The position numbers and the translations under genes were made by a program. A stretch of 42,766 nt of DNA. Source: an uncultured bacterium (GTDB lineage: Bacteria > SAR324 > NAC60-12). This document shows, piece by piece, positions 1 to 7,450 of the stretch; position 1 is the stretch's first letter, and each line of letters begins with the position of its first letter. The notes under the pieces were generated by a model. That model saw only the letters and a program-made list of their open reading frames with translations. It searched no databases and was not told where the DNA came from. The stretch covers positions 1-42,766 of the forward strand of contig CBFIGY010000024.1 of NCBI GenBank assembly GCA_965662235.1, read 5' to 3'.

Positions 1-2
1 GG

Positions 3-536
3 CGGGCCCTGGCGATTCAGCTCATCATCAACCGGGAGCTGGGGCAGGCCTTCAACCAGAATCCGCTTCAGGGGGGCTTCCTGATTGAGGAACTCACGGA
101 CCTGGTGGAAGAGGCGATTCTGAGCGAGTTCATCCGCCTGTCTGATCGTGGAGGCGTGCTGGGGGCAATGGAAACGATGTACCAGCGCAACAAGATTCAG
201 GAGGAGTCGATGTACTATGAGACGCTGAAGCACTCCGGGGAGCTTCCGTTGATTGGCATCAACACCTTCCTCAATCCTCATCCGAACGAGGAGGAGGCAG
301 AAATTGAACTGGCCCGCTCCACAGAGGAAGAAAAGGCATGGCAGATTCGGGACCTGGAGCACTTTCACCAGTTCCATGGCGAGTCCCGAGAGGCGGCGTT
401 GCAGCAGCTCCGGGACGCGGCGCTTTCTGGGGGAAACACCTTTGAAGCCCTGATGACGTGCGCCCAGGTGTGTTCGCTCGGAGAGGTCACACAGGAGCTG
501 TATCAGTTGGGTGGACAGTACCGACGGAACATGTAG
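3..536 (+). CDS. icmF: C-terminal part of a B12-dependent acyl-CoA mutase, IcmF-type (fused isobutyryl-CoA mutase); 5'-truncated by the window edge
   Basis: The frame is open from position 3: RALAIQLIINRELG..NQNPLQG.FLIEELTDLVEEA..GGVLGAMETMYQR.KIQEES..YE.LKH.G..PLIG.NTF, ending GGQYRRNM. This matches the IcmF/MCM-family C-terminus. Confidence 0.85.
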   Translation, partial: RALAIQLIINRELGQAFNQNPLQGGFLIEELTDLVEEAILSEFIRLSDRGGVLGAMETMYQRNKIQEESMYYETLKHSGELPLIGINTFLNPHPNEEEAEIELARSTEEEKAWQIRDLEHFHQFHGESREAALQQLRDAALSGGNTFEALMTCAQVCSLGEVTQELYQLGGQYRRNM

Positions 537-549
537 GCCAGCTCTTTGC

Positions 550-578
550 TTGAACCTTCCCGGGGGCTCCCCTATGGT
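550..578 (+). promoter_or_regulatory. Candidate sigma70 promoter for the 618..1862 gene
   Basis: TTGAAC (550-555), 17-nt spacer, TATGGT (573-578), about 40 nt upstream of ATG 618. Confidence 0.45.
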
Positions 579-617
579 GAGTCCAACGGATGTTCCTTTG
601 CACTGATTGAGGCATGG

Positions 618-1862
618 ATGAATAAATTTTGTAAAATCCTCTTGGGGCTTTGCCTGCTTCCCCTTGGAGCGTGGGCCAACACACAATGCAGTCCGGAAAT
701 CATTCAGGAGGCGCTGGACGCCGGTTGGGATCAACGGGTGATTCAGTCCATCTGCCCGCCGCCCAAGCCGGAGCCCTCCCCAGAGTCGCTCATTCCGGAC
801 AACCGCCCCTGCACCGACTACGACCGGGCCCGCATGCTTCAGGCGGACCTGGGCGCCGATGCCATTTCCAAGGCGTGTAAAGAAAACTTCACCTTCCGAA
901 AAAACTGCACCGGTCCCGACCGGGCCAAGATGGTCCTGGCTGGGGTGGATCCGCAGACGATCATTGAGCTGTGTGGCGAAGGCCCTGAGCTGCTTCAAGC
1001 GCCGATCCGTCGCCCGCCACCGCCAGCACCCGGAACCGCAGCTCCTGCGCCTGTTTCAGAGGCCACGAGCTTGGCGCCTCCGCCTGCCGCTGAAGAGCCT
1101 CTTCCTCTGATGGAGCCTGCTGCTGAATCTCTGCCGGAGCCCATTGCCATTGAGTCGGACGCCGACGCCTTTGTCGATCCGCCGAAGCCGAAACAGGAGC
1201 CTCCGCCGGTGGAAGAGGAAGAATCGTCCCTGTGGTTCTTTTCGTCAGGCGATGAAGAGCCCGTTGAGGAAGCCGACGCTATGGCCACTGACGTTGAGGA
1301 AGCCGATGCGATGAGCCTGGCTCTGGAAGACCCTGTGGAAGCGATTCCGGTGGACGGCGGCAGCCTCTGGCGCTGGGGCCTTGCCTATGGTTCTCAGGAA
1401 GGAACGGCCTCAGGGACCCTCTCGTCCGCGACGCTTTCCACATCGGGCGCCATGGACTTCTATGGGCTGTGGCAGGACTCCAGTGGACTCGTGCTCGGGG
1501 GCAAGCTGGAGACCTTTAAGCTGGAAGACTCTGCCGGGACCACAAGCCTAGATTACGCGGGCGGCGCGGCTTCTGCCGGGTGGCTCTGGAGCTGGGGCGA
1601 TCTTTCCCTTGGTGGCTTGGGCTCGCTCAAGTACGGAAATGCGACCCTCGCGTCCCCTGTGTTTGAAACGACGACCTCAAGCATGCTCCTGTCGGATGTG
1701 GAAGGGGTGCTGCTTTACGACCTCTGGTCCCTTCACCTGGGACTGTCCTACGGACAAACCTTCGGAGAGGTGGGGGTGTCGTTCCGGACCAACAACGTGG
1801 AAAACAAAACCACCTTCTCCCTCGGGTCTCACACCGCCCTCCTGATCGGTTTTAACTTCTGA
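618..1862 (+). CDS. Secreted/outer-membrane protein: signal peptide, three C-x21-C repeats, Pro/acidic linker, putative C-terminal beta-barrel
   Basis: ATG 618 is preceded by GAGG. The N-terminus MNKFCKILLGLCLLPLGAWA is signal-peptide-like. The last ~165 aa show alternating hydrophobic/Gly beta-strands and end in LLIGFNF (terminal Phe typical of outer-membrane barrels). Confidence 0.7.
   Translation: MNKFCKILLGLCLLPLGAWANTQCSPEIIQEALDAGWDQRVIQSICPPPKPEPSPESLIPDNRPCTDYDRARMLQADLGADAISKACKENFTFRKNCTGPDRAKMVLAGVDPQTIIELCGEGPELLQAPIRRPPPPAPGTAAPAPVSEATSLAPPPAAEEPLPLMEPAAESLPEPIAIESDADAFVDPPKPKQEPPPVEEEESSLWFFSSGDEEPVEEADAMATDVEEADAMSLALEDPVEAIPVDGGSLWRWGLAYGSQEGTASGTLSSATLSTSGAMDFYGLWQDSSGLVLGGKLETFKLEDSAGTTSLDYAGGAASAGWLWSWGDLSLGGLGSLKYGNATLASPVFETTTSSMLLSDVEGVLLYDLWSLHLGLSYGQTFGEVGVSFRTNNVENKTTFSLGSHTALLIGFNF
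1262..1313 (+). repeat. Intragenic tandem duplication with a 30-nt period (VEEADAM x2)
   Basis: CGTTGAGGAAGCCGA occurs at 1262-1276 and at 1292-1306. Confidence 0.85.
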
Positions 1863-1866
1863 GGCC

Positions 1867-2862
1867 TCAGGTCAGCAGCTTTCCCAAAAGCTCCTGCACC
1901 TCGGAGGCGCAGTACGTCGACCGGATCCACGCCTGAGACACACCGCCTTCTCCACCCCACGCCCCCCAAAGGGCGCCGACCTGATTGCCCCGCGAACAGT
2001 TGCAGCCTCCGGCACGGATGGTCTTCCGGACCGCCTCCTCGTAATTGGCAGACGTGACAAACGCATGAAGCGCCCCCTGGAAGGTTCCGGGATACGGGCA
2101 CGCTTTTCCGACAGAGGCCACAAACTCGGTGTGCGGGACCGCTTGGGCGTTGAGCACCTGCTCCAGTTCCTGCTGCACCTCCGCAAGCGCTGAAGCCTGC
2201 TTGAGTTCCTCCAGCACCTGCCCCACCGGGTCCGGACTCCCCTGCAACGCCGCCCGCAGCAGGCGCGCAAAGGCAAGGCCGTGGCTCACGCAGAGGTCAC
2301 TGTTTGCCACCGTCCGGATGATGGCTTCAGTCCCTGAGAGCAGCTCCGGATCGTCCGCATGCAGCACGACCCAAGGCATGGCCGCCATCCAGCCATCGGC
2401 TTCATCGGCTCCTTCCAGCCCCGGAACCTCCACACCGGCCTCGGCCTGTTCCAGCATCTTCCGTTGGCTTTGGTGCAGCCAGGGTCCCGCAATGGCGCCC
2501 TTCCAGGTCTTGCCGTCGTCTTCAAAGTTCCGGGCCCGTAGGTCGAGGCCTTCTGCATAAGAAGACCCGGGACCAAACTGAGCGGCCGCATTGTCGAGGA
2601 ACCACGCCGGGTCCCATTCGCCGTCGGTTTCCGCCAGCGTCCGGAGCATCAGCAGAGACGTGTCAGCATACGCGCTGATGGAGCCCGTGGGCAGGCTGTA
2701 AAAGGGAGACTGGTTGGTGGGCCAGAACTCCGGGGGCTCGTGTTCCGTGAGGAGAGCCGCCAGGGTTTCTGCTTGGTAGATCCAGTGGAGGGGGCGGGCG
2801 GCCGCATCAGCGACCACTGCCCCAAGGAGGGCGCCGCGTTGGCGTTGGTGCAAAGAGGGCAT
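1867..2862 (-). CDS. ADP-ribosylglycohydrolase-fold protein, SelJ/crystallin J1-like (Cys form)
   Basis: N-terminal GALLGAVVADAAARPLHWIY and C-terminal ACPYPGTFQGALH..YEEAVR.TIRAGGCNCSR...GALWGA.GG.GGVS.AW. This is the ARH-family pattern with the Cys-containing GGCxCSR variant seen in J1-crystallin/SelJ. Confidence 0.8.
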   Translation of the reverse strand: MPSLHQRQRGALLGAVVADAAARPLHWIYQAETLAALLTEHEPPEFWPTNQSPFYSLPTGSISAYADTSLLMLRTLAETDGEWDPAWFLDNAAAQFGPGSSYAEGLDLRARNFEDDGKTWKGAIAGPWLHQSQRKMLEQAEAGVEVPGLEGADEADGWMAAMPWVVLHADDPELLSGTEAIIRTVANSDLCVSHGLAFARLLRAALQGSPDPVGQVLEELKQASALAEVQQELEQVLNAQAVPHTEFVASVGKACPYPGTFQGALHAFVTSANYEEAVRKTIRAGGCNCSRGNQVGALWGAWGGEGGVSQAWIRSTYCASEVQELLGKLLT

Positions 2863-2892
2863 GACAGGAGCCTGTTCGGGTTTCAGGTTTCA

Positions 2893-2912
2893 GCGGACCC
2901 TTCCAGGCCCGC
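2893..2912 (-). other. Intercistronic hairpin between the channel and ARH-like genes (no U-tract)
   Basis: Minus strand GCGGGCC-TGGAAG-GGTCCGC, a 7-bp stem with one G-U pair. Confidence 0.4.
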
Positions 2913-2916
2913 CTCA

Positions 2917-5445
2917 TTAGATGCGGGCCCGAGCGTTGGGAGCATGCAGCTGAGTGGAGTGGAACTGCTGGGCCCGGGAGTGTCCCAGTTCCACCAGTTG
3001 CTCAATGACCTGCGGCTCGCAGCCAATCTGGGTGCCAATCTGCCGGAGCATCGACTCTTCTGCTTCGTCGAAGTGCCGGTCAATGGTTGCCACATTGAGG
3101 AGGCTTTCGAGGATCTTCAGACGCAGGTCCTCTGCCACCTCAATCGGCTCAATCGGAATGGGGTTCCCCAGCAAAAAGGCCTCTTCCAGTTCCTGGACGC
3201 CAGCCGGGTCGGCAATGAGCTGAATGGCGGAGTGCACAAACGCCCGCTCATGCAGGTCAATGCGTCCATCTGCTTGGACCATGGACACCACCATGCGGGC
3301 AAACCAGCGGCGCTTGGTCGCATCCAGCTGGGCCAGCAGCTCGGGGTTGAATTCTGGGGTGTCGGTGTCGTGTTGCTGGAATCGCTTTTCGGCTTCCCGG
3401 AGGATCTTGATGGTGGCCAGGACGCTCTGGGCCTTTTCGTCTCCTGAAAGAGCGGCTTCCCGGAACCAGTAATGGGCCTCATCTAGGTTTTTGGGAATGC
3501 CCCGCCCCTTGAAGTGAAGGATGCCCAGCTGGTACTTGGCTTCCGGGTGATTGAGGTTGGCGGCCTGCAGCAGCATCCGGTACGCCTGCAGGGGGTCGCC
3601 GTTGTCCTTGAGCTTCTGAATCGCATCCACCACCAGGGCCTCTCCTTCGCTGAGCTCACGAGGTGCTCGTCCGGGCGAGACCGCTTTGGGCGACTCATGA
3701 TCAAGGTGCGTGGGCTCAAAGATCTGCTGGTGCCGGAGCGTCACCTCCTTGGTCAGGAAGATGAGGCTGTCGCCTGACGACACACGCAGGTCAGGGTGCG
3801 GATTGACCAGCAGCTCGTTGCTGCCCCGGCGGATGAGGCCCACCGGAAGCTGCTCGCTTTCGGACTTCACGGTCACCACTGTGTTGAGCCAAGACGTTTC
3901 CTTCCAGTCGTAGCTGAGGCGCCGGACAAAGAGGCTCTGGGTGGAAAGCTCCTGTGAAAGGATCTGGGTGATCAGGTTGCTCAGTCCAGAGTTGGTGGCC
4001 GACTGTGCCAGCATGGGAGCAATCAGGTCATCGTACTTGAGGCAGAAGTCGCAGCCCACCCGGAGCAGGTGCAGGTCGAAGTCATCGTCCCGGAAGGTGG
4101 CAATGGTGAAGATGTCTCCGTCGGTTTCCTGCTCAAGCCGGAGAACGGCGATCAGGGTTTGGCCATCATGCAGGTGGTCGACAAAAGCCACCTTGGCCAG
4201 CTCAGCCCGTCCCTTGTGGAAGGCTTCTTCCGAGTTGGAACTGCCCTGGATCCACTCGAGTGACAGGTTGTCGGGCATCTGCTCCATCGGAGGCAGGTTG
4301 GTGAGGACGACGATGTGGTCTTCCAGCTCACAGTGGGACATCTCCAGCAGCATCCGTTCAATGAAGATGGGATTGTCGGAGCTGATCAGCAGGTGTCCTT
4401 CAATGCGGAGGTCCTCCATGCCCAGCACGTCGATGCCATGCGAGTCCTGGTCGCCCAGGGCTCGGGACGGAGGCGACGACAGCTGGATGACCTTGTTGTC
4501 ACGGTGCAGCAGGTGGTGCGGGGCCGGGTTGATGAGCACCACTTCGCCCATGACAATGCCGAGGGGCATGCTCCCGGTTTGGGCCTTGACCTCTTTCACA
4601 AAGTCCAGCCACGTTTTCTCCACGTGATGCACTGGCACCGGCACCGTATCCAGCCGATGCCCCTCGGAGCGTCGGACCACCACCCGGATCCAGGAGGGAC
4701 CCCCTTGCGACCGGTAGGCCTGCATCATCATGGGCACACAGAGGTCATAGGGATCCACTGCGTGGTCACAGCCGACGTCCGCAAAGTAGCGTCGGAAGTC
4801 CCGGCCGAGGTACTGCGCCTGTGTGATGATGCGGCCCTTGCTGAGCGTCTGCAGCTGCTGGACGGTCATCAGCGTCAGGTTGTTGTCCGGAAAGTACACG
4901 TAAGCGACTGCGGCTTTGTCCGCAGAAGCCTTCATCAACGTGTCCAGGTGATGCGGCTGTCCGGAGATCCAGCGGATCTGGTTGAAGTCGGTGGTCAGCA
5001 GCGGGTGCTCCATGGTGGGAGAAACAATGGCCACGAGGCGGCCGCTCATGGCCCGGGCGTTTTCATTGAGGATCTCCGTGATCCAGCCCGCCTGATCGGA
5101 GCAAATGAGGATGTGTCCCTTCATGTCCACCGGGTCCAACCCCCGCTCCCGAGCCGACCGGTAGGCTGCCAGCTTGGTCGTGAGGATGGAGACCAGCAAC
5201 GAGTACTGCACCACCCCTGCGGCAATCACGAAGAGGGTGAAGAAGCGGCCCTCAAAGGTCTTGGGGGAAAGGTCTCCAAAGCCAACGGTCGCGACCGTGA
5301 CCACGGTCCAGTAGAAGCTGTTGAAGAGGCTTCCGTACTGTTCATCCGGATTTTCCGCAAGTTGGTACTCAAAGAGGTGGATGAGCAGCGTGGAGACAAT
5401 GAGGAGGACGGGCAGGAGCCACAGGAGAAAGAAGCGTTGTCGCAT
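2917..5445 (-). CDS. Potassium channel (2TM + pore) with tandem RCK domains, Sel1 repeats and a C-terminal TerB-like domain
   Basis: The pore helix/filter FYWTVVTVATVGFGD lies between two TM helices. Two RCK-like units start GHILIC and GHLLIS, each with a LINP/LVNP C-lobe. Sel1 motif: EAKYQLGILHFKGRGIPKNLDEAHYWFREAA. TerB-like motifs: MVQADGRIDLHE and VATIDRHFDEAE. I prefer ATG 5445 to the ORF-track start at TTG 5463. Confidence 0.85.
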   Translation of the reverse strand: MRQRFFLLWLLPVLLIVSTLLIHLFEYQLAENPDEQYGSLFNSFYWTVVTVATVGFGDLSPKTFEGRFFTLFVIAAGVVQYSLLVSILTTKLAAYRSARERGLDPVDMKGHILICSDQAGWITEILNENARAMSGRLVAIVSPTMEHPLLTTDFNQIRWISGQPHHLDTLMKASADKAAVAYVYFPDNNLTLMTVQQLQTLSKGRIITQAQYLGRDFRRYFADVGCDHAVDPYDLCVPMMMQAYRSQGGPSWIRVVVRRSEGHRLDTVPVPVHHVEKTWLDFVKEVKAQTGSMPLGIVMGEVVLINPAPHHLLHRDNKVIQLSSPPSRALGDQDSHGIDVLGMEDLRIEGHLLISSDNPIFIERMLLEMSHCELEDHIVVLTNLPPMEQMPDNLSLEWIQGSSNSEEAFHKGRAELAKVAFVDHLHDGQTLIAVLRLEQETDGDIFTIATFRDDDFDLHLLRVGCDFCLKYDDLIAPMLAQSATNSGLSNLITQILSQELSTQSLFVRRLSYDWKETSWLNTVVTVKSESEQLPVGLIRRGSNELLVNPHPDLRVSSGDSLIFLTKEVTLRHQQIFEPTHLDHESPKAVSPGRAPRELSEGEALVVDAIQKLKDNGDPLQAYRMLLQAANLNHPEAKYQLGILHFKGRGIPKNLDEAHYWFREAALSGDEKAQSVLATIKILREAEKRFQQHDTDTPEFNPELLAQLDATKRRWFARMVVSMVQADGRIDLHERAFVHSAIQLIADPAGVQELEEAFLLGNPIPIEPIEVAEDLRLKILESLLNVATIDRHFDEAEESMLRQIGTQIGCEPQVIEQLVELGHSRAQQFHSTQLHAPNARARI

Positions 5446-5559
5446 GCGGGAGTGTGCCAACAAGAATCAGAGCCAAAGCTCGTAACGGACCAGACCCGTG
5501 ACGACAATCTCTTCCTTCGGCCTATCAGCGGTCTGGATGAAACGGAGGAAACGCAGGCG

Positions 5560-5588
5560 AGAATAGCGGCTCACTCTCAGACATTCAA
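5560..5588 (-). promoter_or_regulatory. Candidate sigma70 promoter for the channel operon
   Basis: Minus strand TTGAAT (5588-5583), 17-nt spacer, TATTCT (5565-5560). Confidence 0.55.
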
Positions 5589-5688
5589 GGCCAAGATCAT
5601 CGGTTTGGTGGGAAACCGAAGCCCCTGAGGCTCGGCTGAAATCAACGTCTGCCAGCAGAGAGAGGCTCCTTGGAGTTCAAGCCCCCGG

Positions 5689-5717
5689 TTGTCTCATGGA
5701 TGAGAGTGTGTTAGGGT
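5689..5717 (+). promoter_or_regulatory. Candidate sigma70 promoter (extended -10) for the lipoprotein gene, overlapped by the palindrome TCTCAT-GG-ATGAGA
   Basis: TTGTCT (5689-5694), 17-nt spacer ending TGt, TAGGGT (5712-5717). The palindrome lies at 5692-5705. Confidence 0.4.
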
Positions 5718-5778
5718 TCCCCTCACCCCGCCCTAACCCGTCTCGTGTCCACGAGATGCGCTTTGATTTGGAGGACCC

Positions 5779-7299
5779 ATGAGACTCTCTCTCACCTTCC
5801 GGCCCTGGTCTCGTTTTGGTTCCACCTGCCTCTGGCTTCTGCTGAGCCTTGCGGCATGTGGCAATTCAGATGAAGCCACTCCTGCTGGCGTTGAGCCCGT
5901 TCCCCCCACCACCGAGGCCCCAACGCTCAGCTACTTGACGCTCACCGACTGGTTTCCCAGCGAGGCCGACACCAACGTTCCCCGCAACACGGTGCTGCTG
6001 CTGGCCTTTGCCGAGGCGCCACCCCAGTCCGTTGCGCCGGACCCGGGCTTTCTGCAAGCTGCCCCTGGTGAGCCACTGACCGGCAGCTGGACCCAGTCAG
6101 GCCACTACGTCACCTTCTACCCCGACACGCCCTTTCCTTCGGACCAAACCCAAACGCTCACCCTCTCCTCAACGTATTCCGACCAGGAGCACTGGGCGCT
6201 GCAGGAGACTCCGGACTGGGTCTTTGCGACCACAGGGCAGCTTGACCGCGAGGCTCCAGCCGTGCTCACCAGCACCCTTCAGGAGGCTCCAGAGGATCTC
6301 CCGGACAATGTTTCCTTGCAGTGGACCTTCAGCGAGCCGCTCAATCCGGCTTCGGTGGCAGCCGCGGTGACGGTGGCCCAAGAGAAGGCGCCCCAAAACG
6401 GAACGGTGGTGCTGGATGGGACCACGCTGACCTTTACTCCGGAGCACGGCTGGACCGCCAATGCAACCTACACCGCAACCCTTTCTGCTGCCCTTGAGGA
6501 CCTGGCCGGCAACCACCCGGAACCTCGCCAGCAGGCGTTTCACATCCAGAATGGAGTGCTGGCAGAAGCCGATGCCCAGGGGTTGATCAAGCTGAGCGGC
6601 GGGACCTTTCAGATGGGCGCCGACAACGCCAGCCTTGCCGATGACAGCGCCGGCAGCAACGAACAGCCCGCCCACGCGGTGACCCTCAGCCACCCATTTT
6701 GGATTGCCGATCACGAACTGACTGTCACTGAGTATCAGGCCTGTGTGGATGCCGGAGCCTGCACGCTGGCCGGCATGAGCAGCAGCTGCAATGCCCTGCT
6801 GGCGGAGCACGGCGACTACCCGATGAACTGCCTCTCTTGGGAGCAGGGGCAGACCTACCTGACGTGGCTCAGCACTCAGGAAGACCGGCACTTTCGTTAC
6901 TGCACCGAAGCCGAGTGGGAATATGCCGCTCGCGCCGGGACCGAAAGCAAGTGGTGGTGCGGCAATGACACCTGCACCACCGACACCGCTTGGTATGACT
7001 CCACCAGCCGGTCCAATCCGCAACCGGTCCGAGCCAAGACCCCCAACGCCTGGGGGCTGTACGACGTGCATGGCAACGTTTGGGAGTGGGTTCAGGACTT
7101 CTACAGCGGCAGCACCTACGGCCAGGATGCTGACGGCGTGACCGACCCCACGGGTCCGGAATCAGGGAACACGCACGTCTTGCGTGGCGGAGGGTACTCC
7201 TCTGAGAAAAAGAGCATCCGTTCCGCCAAACGCTGGTACGCCAACCCCACCAAGACCCACTACAAAAGCGTCGGCATGCGGATTTGTGCCGATGAGTGA
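5779..7299 (+). CDS. Lipoprotein with two bacterial Ig-like (Big_5-like) domains and a C-terminal FGE-sulfatase/SUMF1-fold domain
   Basis: SD GGAGG and lipobox LAAC. Ig-like segments include TFSEPLNPASV, LTFTP and LEDLAGN. FGE motifs include GGTFQMG, NEQPAH.V, TEAEWEYAARAG, PNAWGLYDVHGNVWEWVQD, VLRGG and GMRI. Confidence 0.85.
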   Translation: MRLSLTFRPWSRFGSTCLWLLLSLAACGNSDEATPAGVEPVPPTTEAPTLSYLTLTDWFPSEADTNVPRNTVLLLAFAEAPPQSVAPDPGFLQAAPGEPLTGSWTQSGHYVTFYPDTPFPSDQTQTLTLSSTYSDQEHWALQETPDWVFATTGQLDREAPAVLTSTLQEAPEDLPDNVSLQWTFSEPLNPASVAAAVTVAQEKAPQNGTVVLDGTTLTFTPEHGWTANATYTATLSAALEDLAGNHPEPRQQAFHIQNGVLAEADAQGLIKLSGGTFQMGADNASLADDSAGSNEQPAHAVTLSHPFWIADHELTVTEYQACVDAGACTLAGMSSSCNALLAEHGDYPMNCLSWEQGQTYLTWLSTQEDRHFRYCTEAEWEYAARAGTESKWWCGNDTCTTDTAWYDSTSRSNPQPVRAKTPNAWGLYDVHGNVWEWVQDFYSGSTYGQDADGVTDPTGPESGNTHVLRGGGYSSEKKSIRSAKRWYANPTKTHYKSVGMRICADE

Positions 7300-7318
7300 G
7301 GCCTCTCGGCGTTTATGA

Positions 7319-7346
7319 TTGACATTTCTTTCACTAAATTGAGAAT
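7319..7346 (+). promoter_or_regulatory. Candidate promoter of the PDH operon
   Basis: Perfect TTGACA at 7319-7324 with GAGAAT at 7341-7346 (16-nt spacer), in an AT-rich intergenic region. Confidence 0.4.
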
Positions 7347-7400
7347 TAAAACCTTCTTTTGTAAGAACTGCACAATTGTTTTAATTAAAACATCTCTTAT

Positions 7401-7450
7401 GAAACGAAACTGAGCACCCGACAGAGAAGGTTCCTGCTCAGTTTCGCTTC
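7401..7450 (+). other. Long inverted repeat in the aceE leader
   Basis: GAAACGAAACTGAGCA (7401-7416) and TGCTCAGTTTCGCTTC (7435-7450) are 15/16 complementary, with an 18-nt loop. Confidence 0.75.

Noticed and set aside
1867..2862. Selenocysteine recoding in the SelJ-like gene
   Set aside because: The ORF has no in-frame TGA; the relevant positions are Cys codons.
5490..5536. Hammerhead ribozyme or known riboswitch in the channel leader
   Set aside because: The minus strand reads CTGATAG rather than the CUGAUGA core and lacks the GAAA element. No c-di-AMP, fluoride or c-di-GMP consensus was recognised.
7180..7299. FGE-fold lipoprotein C-terminus as a diversity-generating retroelement variable region
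   Set aside because: The fold and lipoprotein context fit known DGR targets, but I see no template repeat, reverse transcriptase or avd-like gene in the window. A remote DGR cannot be excluded.
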